DNA of 36,743 nt from an uncultured virus (IMG/VR IMGVR_UViG_3300044730_000954) (Duplodnaviria > Heunggongvirae > Uroviricota > Caudoviricetes), in the IMG/VR virus record IMGVR_UViG_3300044730_000954; one strand, written 5' to 3'. Of the stretch, positions 9,229 to 17,582 are shown one piece after another; position 1 is the first letter of the stretch; the number at the start of each line of letters is the position of its first letter. A program made the translations under genes and the position numbers. The notes under the pieces are model-generated. The model was given only the letters and a program-made list of their open reading frames with translations, had not been told where the DNA came from and did not search any database.

Positions 9229-9831
9229 ATGATAGAGCAAATAATAAATATATTAAAAGTGGGATTGGTTGATAAATTAAAAATCCATCACAGCCTTTAT
9301 AGGCTTCCATGTACCGCCGAATTTTTAGAAGAATTAATATCAAACATTCTGGCTGAAAATGGATATATTAATGATTGGCAACCAAATAGAAGTCATTCCA
9401 TTAGTGTTGATATGACAATAGAAGATGGACCTAGTTTTTCTGTAAAATCAGGGATATATGATGTCTCTAAATCTACCCTTACTTTTTCTGGATCTCGTCT
9501 AGGAAAACACGAAACATTGCCAGAAATGGTAAATAGTGTTATGGAGAATAAGGCTGATTATTATATATGTGTTTCAAAGACAGACCAGGATTGGTCTAAT
9601 ACCCCCGCACTTTTCAATATGAAAACATATTATTTGTTTGTATTTGAATCTACCGCTTTGAAATATGATTCTATTTGGAATACCGTTGAATCATCCAGAG
9701 GTGGATATAAATATGCTATGGAGATAGATGGAATGAAAGCTTCTATTCATCCCTCGCTTTCTCATCAATTATGGACAACTGTATCTACAGATGTTGTTGG
9801 TATACCCCACAAAATTGATATACTAATGTAA
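9229..9831 (+). CDS. Hypothetical protein, possible PD-(D/E)xK nuclease fold
   Basis: 200 aa; E...SVDM...SFSVKSG pattern (weak). Confidence 0.5.
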   Translation: MIEQIINILKVGLVDKLKIHHSLYRLPCTAEFLEELISNILAENGYINDWQPNRSHSISVDMTIEDGPSFSVKSGIYDVSKSTLTFSGSRLGKHETLPEMVNSVMENKADYYICVSKTDQDWSNTPALFNMKTYYLFVFESTALKYDSIWNTVESSRGGYKYAMEIDGMKASIHPSLSHQLWTTVSTDVVGIPHKIDILM

Positions 9832-10025
9832 TGAGTGATGACGTCAAGCCTTGGGATCTTATTAATGGAGATAGAAGTCCAGAAGAACTTGCTGCATACC
9901 GCCTTGAAATTTGTAAAGGTTGTGAGTTTTTTAGACCAAGAACTCAGACATGTAGAAAATGTGGATGTTTTATGAAATTGAAAACTACGCTTGAGAAGGC
10001 AAAATGTCCAATTGGGAAGTGGTAG
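9831..10025 (+). CDS. Small Cys-rich protein (DUF6171-like), paralogue of 4866-5108
   Basis: KPWDL...RLEICKGC...CRKCGCFMKLKTTL..AKCPIGKW. Confidence 0.8.
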   Translation: MSDDVKPWDLINGDRSPEELAAYRLEICKGCEFFRPRTQTCRKCGCFMKLKTTLEKAKCPIGKW

Positions 10026-10091
10026 ATTCTTTACAGCTACAGTTATCACAGCATTGTTCTTTAAATAGCTTCAATGCTAAATTTGGATCTT

Positions 10092-10277
10092 CTATATTGA
10101 CCACCATCCTCTAATTGTACCGCCTTCTATTGGGCATATATACGCTTTTGGAGCATCGGATTCATAATATTCTTTAAATAGCTTTAATTGTAATTCTCTA
10201 TCAGTTTCATGCGTATACCGCCCACAATCAGGACATATTTCTAATCCTATATCTTCATATATATGGTGGCATGGCAT
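10092..10277 (-). CDS. Small zinc-ribbon-like hypothetical protein
   Basis: MPCHH...CPDCG; ATG 10277 lies 6 nt downstream of TATAAT. Confidence 0.6.
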   Translation of the reverse strand: MPCHHIYEDIGLEICPDCGRYTHETDRELQLKLFKEYYESDAPKAYICPIEGGTIRGWWSI

Positions 10278-10418
10278 TTTTCTATTATACCGCCAAATCT
10301 GAAAAAATTTCATTTTGGGAAAATCTGAATATTTTGTTAAGATGTATGATGCATGATTTAAAAAAAATAATGAAAAATAATAGTGAGCACACTCTTGGGA
10401 GATCCCCAAAGGGGGGCA

Positions 10419-10601
10419 TCAGCGCAGAGGCGCTGTGCCTTGTAAATATCCGTCAATTCCTAAAATATCACAAGTAATTTTTACTCGTTGATTTTTCTTG
10501 AGAGATTTTTTATACAAGTCTATAAAGTAATAGACATTTTCTTTAGTAGGCAATTCCATTGTAGAAGTATTGCCACTCATGCTAGTTATTGTTAGTTTCA
10601 T
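10419..10601 (-). CDS. Hypothetical protein
   Basis: 60 aa ORF with GAAAGGG RBS. Confidence 0.65.
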   Translation of the reverse strand: MKLTITSMSGNTSTMELPTKENVYYFIDLYKKSLKKNQRVKITCDILGIDGYLQGTAPLR

Positions 10602-10848
10602 TTTCTACCCTTTCATTTTCGTAGTGTGTTCTGTCATAGTTAGCAAGTGTCCCACCATTTTCTAGGTGGGCTTTCCTGCGTAATTGTTCATCTGAGTAGG
10701 TAGCCACTATGCTACACACTCGCAAGGCTCAACGCCGTAATCGTCATTGTCGCCATAGAATATAACGCCGTGCCCATAGCACTCATCGCATTTAATTCTT
10801 TCTAGTGAGTTAATCATTTACTTATTTCCTTTCTTTAGTCTTTTGATA

Positions 10849-10870
10849 ATTCTATACCCTACCACTGACA
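10849..10870 (-). promoter_or_regulatory. SigA-type promoter with TGTCAG-N10-TAGAAT
   Basis: Plus strand ATTCTA-N10-CTGACA. Confidence 0.65.
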
Positions 10871-11206
10871 AAATCACTAGGGCAATTCCTAGCCATGAGG
10901 CGTAGAAATCTGCTTGAGCGGTTTCTATTGCGATACCCTCTGAGCCTAACTCAATTAGTAAATATCTATCCATTTTGTTATTTATCCTTTCTTATCCGTT
11001 GAAGTGTGGAGAATATTCTCCGTCTGTAATCTCTGTTGAGATAATGTCATAACCATTTGATACAAGGGTATCTAGTAGGTCATTTATTTGATACTCACTT
11101 ACCATGAGTCTATTTTCTACTGAGACAAGACTATTGTCTTTCTCTGCTGTATAACTTAGTGTTAGCATTTTTGCTACCTAACCTTTCTTTAGTTTCTATA
11201 CTGCGT

Positions 11207-11228
11207 ATTCTAGTGGATACCACTGACA
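11207..11228 (-). promoter_or_regulatory. SigA-type promoter with TGTCAG-N10-TAGAAT
   Basis: Plus strand ATTCTA-N10-CTGACA. Confidence 0.65.
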
Positions 11229-11266
11229 TTTTGGGGGATATTTAGGGCGTGTCGCCCTTTTATTTT

Positions 11267-11282
11267 TGTGACTTACCTCACA
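11267..11282. promoter_or_regulatory. CRP/GlxR-like palindrome TGTGA-N6-TCACA
   Basis: Perfect match, tgtgacttacctcaca. Confidence 0.65.
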
Positions 11283-11415
11283 CTTTGTAGGGAATCTACA
11301 CAATTTGGACATATCGCAATAATGTTGCGTTTTGATACATAGGTGGTCTGACCACATAACTTACAATTTTTCTTACTCATTTTGAAATCCTTTCTGTTGA
11401 TTTCTTATACTGCGT

Positions 11416-11444
11416 ATTCTACACGAATACCCTGACAAAGTCAA
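11416..11444 (-). promoter_or_regulatory. Promoter TTGACT-17-TAGAAT with TGTCAG spacer motif
   Basis: Reverse complement reads TTGACT t TGTCAG ggtattcgtg TAGAAT. Confidence 0.75.
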
Positions 11445-11465
11445 GTCTAAACCATGCGTGTCTTT

Positions 11466-11532
11466 TGTGGTGTTGGTCACATGGACAAATCGGACATTTG
11501 GGACAGGCCCGGGACTTGTGGCATACCTCACA
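11466..11532. promoter_or_regulatory. Divergent control centre: two CRP-like boxes flanking AAATCGGACATTT and CCCGGG
   Basis: TGTGG-N6-TCACA at 11466 and 11517; other motifs at 11487 and 11508. Confidence 0.6.
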
Positions 11533-11570
11533 AAAATTCTTTTCCGACACGCCCGAAATACCCTTCAAAA

Positions 11571-11592
11571 TGTCAGTCCCCCATGCTAGACT
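11571..11592 (+). promoter_or_regulatory. Promoter TGTCAG-N10-TAGACT (extended -10)
   Basis: tgtcagtcccccatgctagact. Confidence 0.65.
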
Positions 11593-11637
11593 TCAGTCAT
11601 AACAAAATAAAGAAAGTTCCAAAGAAAGGAAACTAAA

Positions 11638-11796
11638 ATGAAAAATCTAATAGGTAGAATTACTGAACACGATTTAGCAATGGCTAATCGTATCGCTGAT
11701 AGAAGCAATAAGACACCTGCTCAGGTGCTTAAAGACTTCAACGCTTTTCTAAATGAAGTAGAAAAGTTTGAAAATGATGAAGAGGAGTGTGAGTAA
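11638..11796 (+). CDS. Hypothetical protein (52 aa)
   Basis: MKNLIGRITEHDLAMANR... behind an AGAAAGGA RBS; translated by hand. Confidence 0.65.
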   Translation: MKNLIGRITEHDLAMANRIADRSNKTPAQVLKDFNAFLNEVEKFENDEEECE

Positions 11797-11799
11797 TAA

Positions 11800-11946
11800 A
11801 TGAAAAAGAATGTTTTGATTTCATACATCGTTGATACAGATAGCGATGTGAAAGCAATTTTTGCTTTGCGTAAATCACTTTCAGTTTTGTCTGATAGTGA
11901 ATTAGAAAAGTTTGACGCATTTGAAGTTTTAGATGTTGTTGAATAA
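11800..11946 (+). CDS. Hypothetical protein (48 aa)
   Basis: MKKNVLISYIVDTDSD...; follows the previous ORF. Confidence 0.6.
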   Translation: MKKNVLISYIVDTDSDVKAIFALRKSLSVLSDSELEKFDAFEVLDVVE

Positions 11947-11988
11947 ATAAAAAAGTTTTTTACTAATTGACAAAGTTAGTAAAAAATT

Positions 11989-12110
11989 CCCGGGGCCGAC
12001 ACGCCCGACCTCGTTGTAAGATCTTGTGATAATCCTCACAAAAATAATTTTCAAAATGTCCGATTTATACTGATTTTAGATTTGATTTTGTCAGTCTAAT
12101 CTGCTAAACT
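11989..12110 (+). promoter_or_regulatory. Composite promoter cassette: CCCGGG, GACACGCCC, CRP-like box, AAATGTCCGATTT, TTGATT-17-TAAACT
   Basis: Motifs at 11989, 11998, 12025, 12054 and 12082-12110. Confidence 0.7.
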
Positions 12111-12144
12111 TACAGAGTAAGAAAATAGAAAGGTAGGTCAAAAA

Positions 12145-12342
12145 ATGACTACACTAAATAAAACAGAAATAATGGAATACCTAGTAGATAATGATTTCTG
12201 CGTGACTGATAAAGTCTGCGTATTCTGCTCAACGATCACAGACGGCTGGAATGCTATCTGCTATAAATGCGGTGACTATAAAGGAATGATGAGGCTTCCT
12301 GAAGCCGTAGAATACTATGGAACAGATGTTCTAGGGTTTTAG
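12145..12342 (+). CDS. Small zinc-finger-like protein
   Basis: CVFC...CYKC; AGAAAGG RBS. Confidence 0.7.
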   Translation: MTTLNKTEIMEYLVDNDFCVTDKVCVFCSTITDGWNAICYKCGDYKGMMRLPEAVEYYGTDVLGF

Positions 12343-12442
12343 TGACTAACCTCACAAAGCCCAAGCGTGTGTCTAATTTGACTTTCACGCTAAAAAATGA
12401 AATAATAGAATTATTAGAAAGTATCTTAGAAAGGATAACTAA

Positions 12443-12655
12443 ATGAAATCATATTCAATTCCAGACCTGCTCGTAGGTCAAACTTACTACCCTCGCTCAC
12501 TAGCGAGAAAATTCCAATATGGAGAAATAAACTTCGCTGAAAAGCGTGAGGATATTTATCTTGCTGAAGGATATGAGGCTTACGCAATTCGCTTCACTCC
12601 TAATTCTACTCACTCCTATAAGTGGGCTACTGTCGCCGTAAAGGTGGCAGACTAA
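12443..12655 (+). CDS. Hypothetical protein
   Basis: 70 aa; AGAAAGGA RBS and upstream TTGACT promoter. Confidence 0.75.
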   Translation: MKSYSIPDLLVGQTYYPRSLARKFQYGEINFAEKREDIYLAEGYEAYAIRFTPNSTHSYKWATVAVKVAD

Positions 12656-12775
12656 TGAAATTAGATGAATTCAAGGCTTATATTGAAAGCCAGCGCAAAG
12701 CGCAACAATTGACAAACTTAGAGAAAATCGCTAAAATTGTATCAACAACAAACACCAAGAAAGGTAATAACTAAA

Positions 12776-13033
12776 ATGAATACAGATTACAAAGACTATC
12801 CATTCACAGTTAATGGCGTAAAGTTTATTTCACGCATTAACGCAGACTCTCCATTCGCAGGCACACTTGCGAAACTTCCTACTCAGGTTGTAACTCAACT
12901 AAATATTGACGCAGTTACAGAAATTATTGGTGACGCTTCACTTCTAACTCATGATGAATTGTTGGAAGAATTAGAAAGAGTAAATGACGGCGGAACTCAC
13001 GCCTTCATTCTATTAGATGAGGTGGCTAACTAA
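12776..13033 (+). CDS. Hypothetical protein
   Basis: Start at MNTDY behind AGAAAGG. Confidence 0.7.
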   Translation: MNTDYKDYPFTVNGVKFISRINADSPFAGTLAKLPTQVVTQLNIDAVTEIIGDASLLTHDELLEELERVNDGGTHAFILLDEVAN

Positions 13034-13224
13034 TGATGACACGCAAAGACTATATTGAAACCGCTAACATTCTTAAAGGATTTAGCGGAGAAATTCACCC
13101 ACAAGTATTTGAGGATTTGGTAGAAGAATTTTCTCAATTCTTTTTATCTGATAACGATAGATTTGACAAAGCACGATTTGAGAAAGCGTGTGGCGTTGAT
13201 GAGTTAGGATTAATTCCAGCATGA
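13033..13224 (+). CDS. Conserved small phage protein (MTRKDY...RFDKARFEKAC type)
   Basis: Motif recognised from other phage hypothetical proteins; translationally coupled. Confidence 0.75.
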   Translation: MMTRKDYIETANILKGFSGEIHPQVFEDLVEEFSQFFLSDNDRFDKARFEKACGVDELGLIPA

Positions 13225-13376
13225 CAGATTTAATTTTAACTCTCGCTATAATTTCTTTCGCAACACTTTTCGGAATGAGTTTAATTACTATGAGAAAATT
13301 AGAAATTGAAAATAGAAAATTGCGAATTGAAAATTCTGAAATGAAATGGAATCAGATAAAGATCTAAATTGCTTTC

Positions 13377-13540
13377 GTTGAGATTTCAACTAAATTGGTT
13401 GAAGTTTCAACAAAGCCCCCCGGGGGGTTTTCCACAGGTTATCCACAGTGTGAATTAAGACACAATTACGGGATTTTGTGAGATTCCCCACATTTTTTGG
13501 GCGTGTCTAATTGGAAATTGTCAGTAGAAAATGATAGGCT
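13377..13540 (+). promoter_or_regulatory. Composite regulatory region: tandem GTTGA-N4-TCAAC palindromes, C6G6, two DnaA-box-like 9-mers, two CRP-like boxes, GGGCGTGTC and a TGTCAG promoter
   Basis: Motifs at 13377, 13398, 13416, 13428, 13439, 13449, 13477, 13499 and 13519-13540. Confidence 0.65.
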
Positions 13541-13570
13541 AGAAGCCTAAAAATGAAAGAAGGTAATCTA

Positions 13571-14068
13571 ATGGGATTAGATATGTATCTCCACGCTAAA
13601 AAATACGTGGAAAAAATAAATTGGCAGGCGTTACAGAATAATGATGAATTGTCCTATGACTCACCTGAAGCAGTATTCCCTTTGTGGAATAATATTGTTG
13701 AAACAGCAGGAATGAAAGATGTTGCTGTTGATATCTATGGCGTTCATGTTGAAGTGACTTGTGCTTATTGGCGCAAGGCTAATCAGATACACGCTTGGTT
13801 TGTAAAGAATGTTCAAGGTGGAGAAGATAATTGTGGGGAATACTATGTATCCCATGAGAAATTGAAATCCTTACTTGATCTAGTGAATAAGGCTTTGGCA
13901 GAGCGTGACCCTAACTTGCTACCGCCACAGGCAGGATTTTTCTTTGGCGGTACTGATATTGACGAATGGTATTGGCAAGACCTAAAGAATACTAAGGCTA
14001 AATTGGACAGAGTATTTGCCCTGCCCGAAATGTCCAAATTGTCCTTTTACTACACTTCATCGTGGTAG
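13571..14068 (+). CDS. Conserved phage protein (MGLDMYL...YWRKANQIHAWF...YTSSW family)
   Basis: Characteristic N- and C-terminal motifs; function unknown. Confidence 0.85.
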   Translation: MGLDMYLHAKKYVEKINWQALQNNDELSYDSPEAVFPLWNNIVETAGMKDVAVDIYGVHVEVTCAYWRKANQIHAWFVKNVQGGEDNCGEYYVSHEKLKSLLDLVNKALAERDPNLLPPQAGFFFGGTDIDEWYWQDLKNTKAKLDRVFALPEMSKLSFYYTSSW

Positions 14069-14141
14069 AAGGGCGAGGGGATTTGAAAATGTCAGCCCCC
14101 TATGATAGGATTTCAGTATGAACAGAAAGAAGGAAAGAAAA

Positions 14142-14357
14142 ATGGATAAATTGGAATACGCACTTCGCATGATTAGAAATTGCGATTTTTGTAATGGAAC
14201 AGGTAATCTGTATTGGTCAGTAGGCGAGGATTTTGACTCAGAGGTTTGCGTTTGTAATCCTTATGAACTAATCCTAGACGGAGATGAAGTTATTTGGGAT
14301 AATGGCTTACTAAGTGAGCCAGAATTGGCTATATTCGCAGGAAGCGAGGCTAACTAA
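14142..14357 (+). CDS. Small zinc-finger-like protein
   Basis: CDFCNGTG...CVCNP. An alternative leaderless start is possible at 14118. Confidence 0.7.
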   Translation: MDKLEYALRMIRNCDFCNGTGNLYWSVGEDFDSEVCVCNPYELILDGDEVIWDNGLLSEPELAIFAGSEAN

Positions 14358-14358
14358 T

Positions 14359-14643
14359 ATGGGAAGTAATTTTGCTAATGATTTGGCTTTGGCTGATAAT
14401 CTTGATATTGAAACTCAGATAGGTATCCACCTGAAGTCTAATCACTACCCGCCCGTTCCTGATTTTATGGTGCCTACTTGTATTGAGGCTATTGACGCCG
14501 TAAATGACGCAGGGCTTTGGCACTTAGAAATTCCCCTACCTGAAGGGGTATTCTATAAAGGTAATTTGACTACCGCACCAGCACACGCTATTATTGACCA
14601 ACACCACTTAGAAGCATGGATTATTGAAAGAGAGGAATACTAA
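14359..14643 (+). CDS. Conserved hypothetical protein
   Basis: HLKSNHYPPVP...HHLEAW. Confidence 0.75.
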   Translation: MGSNFANDLALADNLDIETQIGIHLKSNHYPPVPDFMVPTCIEAIDAVNDAGLWHLEIPLPEGVFYKGNLTTAPAHAIIDQHHLEAWIIEREEY

Positions 14644-14644
14644 G

Positions 14645-14854
14645 ATGGAATATATGTATGTAATAACTACTTACTATGACGGAGAGTTATATAATACTCA
14701 CCGAATTGCTGACTTTACTGATGCCGCCCGTGTTTGGGAATTGTGTAAAGATAGCGGTAATGCTAAAGAATACGCAACCTATAATCTCACAGACCCGACA
14801 GGTAAAATGTATACAAAAAACTTTTACACTGACGGCAGAGTATCTGTAAAATAG
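14645..14854 (+). CDS. Hypothetical protein
   Basis: Follows a GAGG RBS. Confidence 0.7.
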   Translation: MEYMYVITTYYDGELYNTHRIADFTDAARVWELCKDSGNAKEYATYNLTDPTGKMYTKNFYTDGRVSVK

Positions 14855-14861
14855 GTATACA

Positions 14862-15074
14862 ATGCTAACTATGGATTATCGCATGGTAGATGTTCTGAAC
14901 TCAGACCAACTAGAAATAAACGATCTAATTGGTTTGGGTGATGAAGTCGTAAAAGTTTTATTTATCACACCAACTAAAATTGGTTTTGATTTGCTAATTG
15001 AAAATGAATATGGCGAGAAAGATACAATTGAAATTGTTGATGATGAACAATTTGAATTATTTATTTTAGAATAA
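14862..15074 (+). CDS. Hypothetical acidic protein (beta-barrel-like)
   Basis: ORF track; the start may be 14871. Confidence 0.65.
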   Translation: MLTMDYRMVDVLNSDQLEINDLIGLGDEVVKVLFITPTKIGFDLLIENEYGEKDTIEIVDDEQFELFILE

Positions 15075-15158
15075 AAACCCCCCGGGGCGCCCGAAATGTC
15101 CGATTTGTTAAGAAACTCCTGATTTGCTTTAATGATATTTTTATGATAAGATTATTTT

Positions 15159-15284
15159 ATGTTTAAGAAAACTAGTGAAGATTTAAGACGCCTTATGGAA
15201 TTAAGGAGATCTAATGCTGCTCGCCCATTAAGGAATAAAAAGAAATACTCACGTAAAATTAAACACAAAAATTTGACACACTAA
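15159..15284 (+). CDS. Small basic peptide (41 aa)
   Basis: MFKKTSEDLRRLMELRRSNAARPLRNKKKYSRKIKHKNLTH; ATG lies 6 nt after TGATAAGAT. Confidence 0.6.
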   Translation: MFKKTSEDLRRLMELRRSNAARPLRNKKKYSRKIKHKNLTH

Positions 15285-15320
15285 TGATTTTTTGATATTA
15301 TTATTTCAGAAAGGTACCCC

Positions 15321-16037
15321 ATGAAATTAAAACGCTCTAATGATAGAAAAGTGGCTAATGCCGTATCCCCTAATGGTAAAACGCCTACTATTGCTAATAC
15401 CTTCGGACTACCCGCAGGAAAAGATTACTCATGCCCTAATCAGACACCGACATGCGCTAAAGTCTGCTATGCAGGGAAGTTAGAAAAGATATACAAAGGT
15501 GTTAGAGATACCCTATTGCATAACTGGAATTTACTTAAAGACGCAGACCATGATACTATGGAAGCGTTATTACAAGACATGATAAATGATTTCAGAAAAG
15601 ATTGTGATAAAAGGGAAGCTCCAAAGTTATTCCGTATCCATTGGGACGGAGATTTCTTTAATGATACTTATACACTAGCATGGAAAAGTGTTATTCTAAA
15701 TAATACAGACATACAATTTTGGGTTTATACTCGTGTACCCGCCGCCGCCCGTATGCTAAAAGAGATTGACAACCTATCTCTCTATTTTAGTACTGATACA
15801 GATAACAAAGATGAGGCTATTGAGTTATCACAAAGTGGAATTAGATTAGCATACTTAGCGGATACCTTCGCAATTGGGCAGTCAGACATGAAAGCCATGA
15901 TTGGCAGGGTAGGCGCAAAATGTCCTGAAAACAAAAAAGCAATTCCTCTAATTGACAAAGAGGGCTCTGCTTGTGTAAAATGTTCCTTGTGTGTCTATAA
16001 CAAAGCGGACATAGTGTTTAGTGCTAAGAAAAAATAG
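15321..16037 (+). CDS. Gp88-like protein (Fe-S, radical-SAM-related phage family)
   Basis: FGLPAG..SCP..TPTC.KVCYA, RIHWDGDF, FWVYTR and C-terminal CP...CVKCSLC. Confidence 0.8.
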   Translation: MKLKRSNDRKVANAVSPNGKTPTIANTFGLPAGKDYSCPNQTPTCAKVCYAGKLEKIYKGVRDTLLHNWNLLKDADHDTMEALLQDMINDFRKDCDKREAPKLFRIHWDGDFFNDTYTLAWKSVILNNTDIQFWVYTRVPAAARMLKEIDNLSLYFSTDTDNKDEAIELSQSGIRLAYLADTFAIGQSDMKAMIGRVGAKCPENKKAIPLIDKEGSACVKCSLCVYNKADIVFSAKKK

Positions 16038-16229
16038 GGGGAATAATGGAAATCTTTATCATTCTATTTATATTATTTATCATAACCCTTATGGGCATGG
16101 GTCATGAGTGATATAAGTCACAAAGAAATAATCTCAAAATATGAGATTTCTTAGATTTGGACTTGACAAATAAATACAAAAAATGTCATAATAAGACAGT
16201 AAGAAAAACAACTAACGAAAGGAAACACA

Positions 16230-16394
16230 ATGTCAGTATCAGTAGCAACTTACAAGGTAGGCGACACCTACACCTCTCAAAAGAGCAAGGTGACAGGCGT
16301 TATCAAGGAAATCGTGCCAACCGATAAGAATACAGTTAGAGTCAAACTAGATGTCAATGGCTCAACTCGCTGGACAACTTGGAAGCAAAAGTAA
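16230..16394 (+). CDS. Small SH3/KOW-like beta protein (54 aa), paralogue of 16993-17160
   Basis: MSVSVATYKVGDTYTSQKSKVTGVIKEIVPTDKNTVRVKLDVNGSTRWTTWKQK; GAAAGGA RBS. Confidence 0.75.
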   Translation: MSVSVATYKVGDTYTSQKSKVTGVIKEIVPTDKNTVRVKLDVNGSTRWTTWKQK

Positions 16395-16410
16395 TTCCTA
16401 ATACAGGAAA

Positions 16411-16440
16411 AGTCCTGAGCATGACTACTAAAAAGGCTCA
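16411..16440 (+). ncRNA. Pseudoknot motif copy 1
   Basis: AGTC-CTGAGCA-T-GACT-actaaaaag-GCTCA. Confidence 0.7.
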
Positions 16441-16508
16441 ATTTGATTTCTTTACTAGAAAATGCTAGTATAGGATAAGCCCTAAAACACCAACAGAAAG
16501 GAAATAAA

Positions 16509-16931
16509 ATGGCTAGACAGAAAGCAATTAGCGTGAAAATCGCTACCACTAAAGTTATCAAGGCTTTAGAAACTAAGTTAGCACAAATCAAAAATGATTA
16601 TGCTAAGCAAGATGAGAACGAGGCGAAGTTCCAAAAGGCTACTGAGAAGTGGAATAAGGAAATCGCTAAGTTAGCCGTAGCACAAATCTCTAAGGCTAAA
16701 AATGTTCGCACAAGTTATCGTTCTTGGAATAACACCCTAAATGTTGATTTTGACTTAGAACTCAACGAGAAGGAGTTTCCACCGCAACCTGAGCGTGATT
16801 TTGAGCAAATCCACCGCCACTCTTACAATGAGATGGTAGAGGAAATTGAGAACGCAATTCGTATTCTCAAGATGACAGATGAGGAAACAGTTTCCACTTC
16901 TACTTACAACGCTATCGCAAGATACTTGTAA
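16509..16931 (+). CDS. Hypothetical coiled-coil protein
   Basis: 140 aa; CAGAAAGGA RBS. Confidence 0.85.
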   Translation: MARQKAISVKIATTKVIKALETKLAQIKNDYAKQDENEAKFQKATEKWNKEIAKLAVAQISKAKNVRTSYRSWNNTLNVDFDLELNEKEFPPQPERDFEQIHRHSYNEMVEEIENAIRILKMTDEETVSTSTYNAIARYL

Positions 16932-16937
16932 AATTAC

Positions 16938-16965
16938 TTTCCTGAGCATGAAATAAAACTGCTCA
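16938..16965 (+). ncRNA. Pseudoknot motif copy 2
   Basis: TTTC-CTGAGCA-T-GAAA-taaaac-TGCTCA. Confidence 0.75.
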
Positions 16966-16992
16966 ACACACACCAACAGAAAGGAAAAACAA

Positions 16993-17160
16993 ATGACATT
17001 AGGCGGATACACTTATCAAGTAGGAGATTTATTCACTACTTCTAAAACAGGTATCACAGGTCGCATTGAAAAGTTTGTTCCACAAACTAAGAATGTTACT
17101 CGTGTAATGCTACGCTTGGCAAATGGTCAGCAAAGATTTGCTATGGTAAAAACTTACTAA
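16993..17160 (+). CDS. Small SH3/KOW-like beta protein (55 aa), paralogue of 16230-16394
   Basis: MTLGGYTYQVGDLFTTSKTGITGRIEKFVPQTKNVTRVMLRLANGQQRFAMVKTY; CAGAAAGGA RBS. Confidence 0.75.
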   Translation: MTLGGYTYQVGDLFTTSKTGITGRIEKFVPQTKNVTRVMLRLANGQQRFAMVKTY

Positions 17161-17165
17161 CAAAA

Positions 17166-17194
17166 TTATCCTGAGCAAGATAAAAAACTGCTCA
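17166..17194 (+). ncRNA. Pseudoknot motif copy 3
   Basis: TTATC-CTGAGCA-A-GATAA-aaaac-TGCTCA. Confidence 0.75.
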
Positions 17195-17306
17195 AAAAAT
17201 CCCCCCCGGGAAATGTGAGAATGATCACAAAGCTGGTTTACGGCACGATTTGTATTTTTCCCACATTTTTGATATGATTAGATATACAAACAGAAAGGAA
17301 ACCCCC

Positions 17307-17582
17307 ATGTTAGCAACTGCTATCGCACTACAAGAAGCAACACAAGAAGCCGTCCATGATGAAGAAACTATGGCTATGGCTTCTGCTTTATTTCATCACA
17401 GAAATGAATTAGAAGAAGATGATTTTATCAGAATGATTTATATGTATTCTGCTCATCTTGCTTCACTTACCGCTACCCTCGTCACACATGTCTGCTTGAC
17501 AGAAACACAATTAAATGAGATGATGGATACTATTAAAGAAATGAACACCATTGGAGAGGAAATAACAAATGGAAACGACTAA
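17307..17582 (+). CDS. Hypothetical protein
   Basis: Start MLATA behind CAGAAAGGA. Confidence 0.8.
   Translation: MLATAIALQEATQEAVHDEETMAMASALFHHRNELEEDDFIRMIYMYSAHLASLTATLVTHVCLTETQLNEMMDTIKEMNTIGEEITNGND

Larger units (their letters stand above)
10602..11380 (-). other. Cluster of very small (<60 aa) leftward ORFs with AGAAAGG RBSs
   Basis: For example MINSLERIKCDECYGHGVIFYGDNDDYGVEPCECVA starting near 10817. Repeated plus-strand (t/a)cctttct tracts precede the start codons. Confidence 0.55.

Noticed and set aside
11454..11636. 60-aa ORF
   Set aside because: It spans the divergent promoter and motif cluster; the likely real gene starts at 11638.
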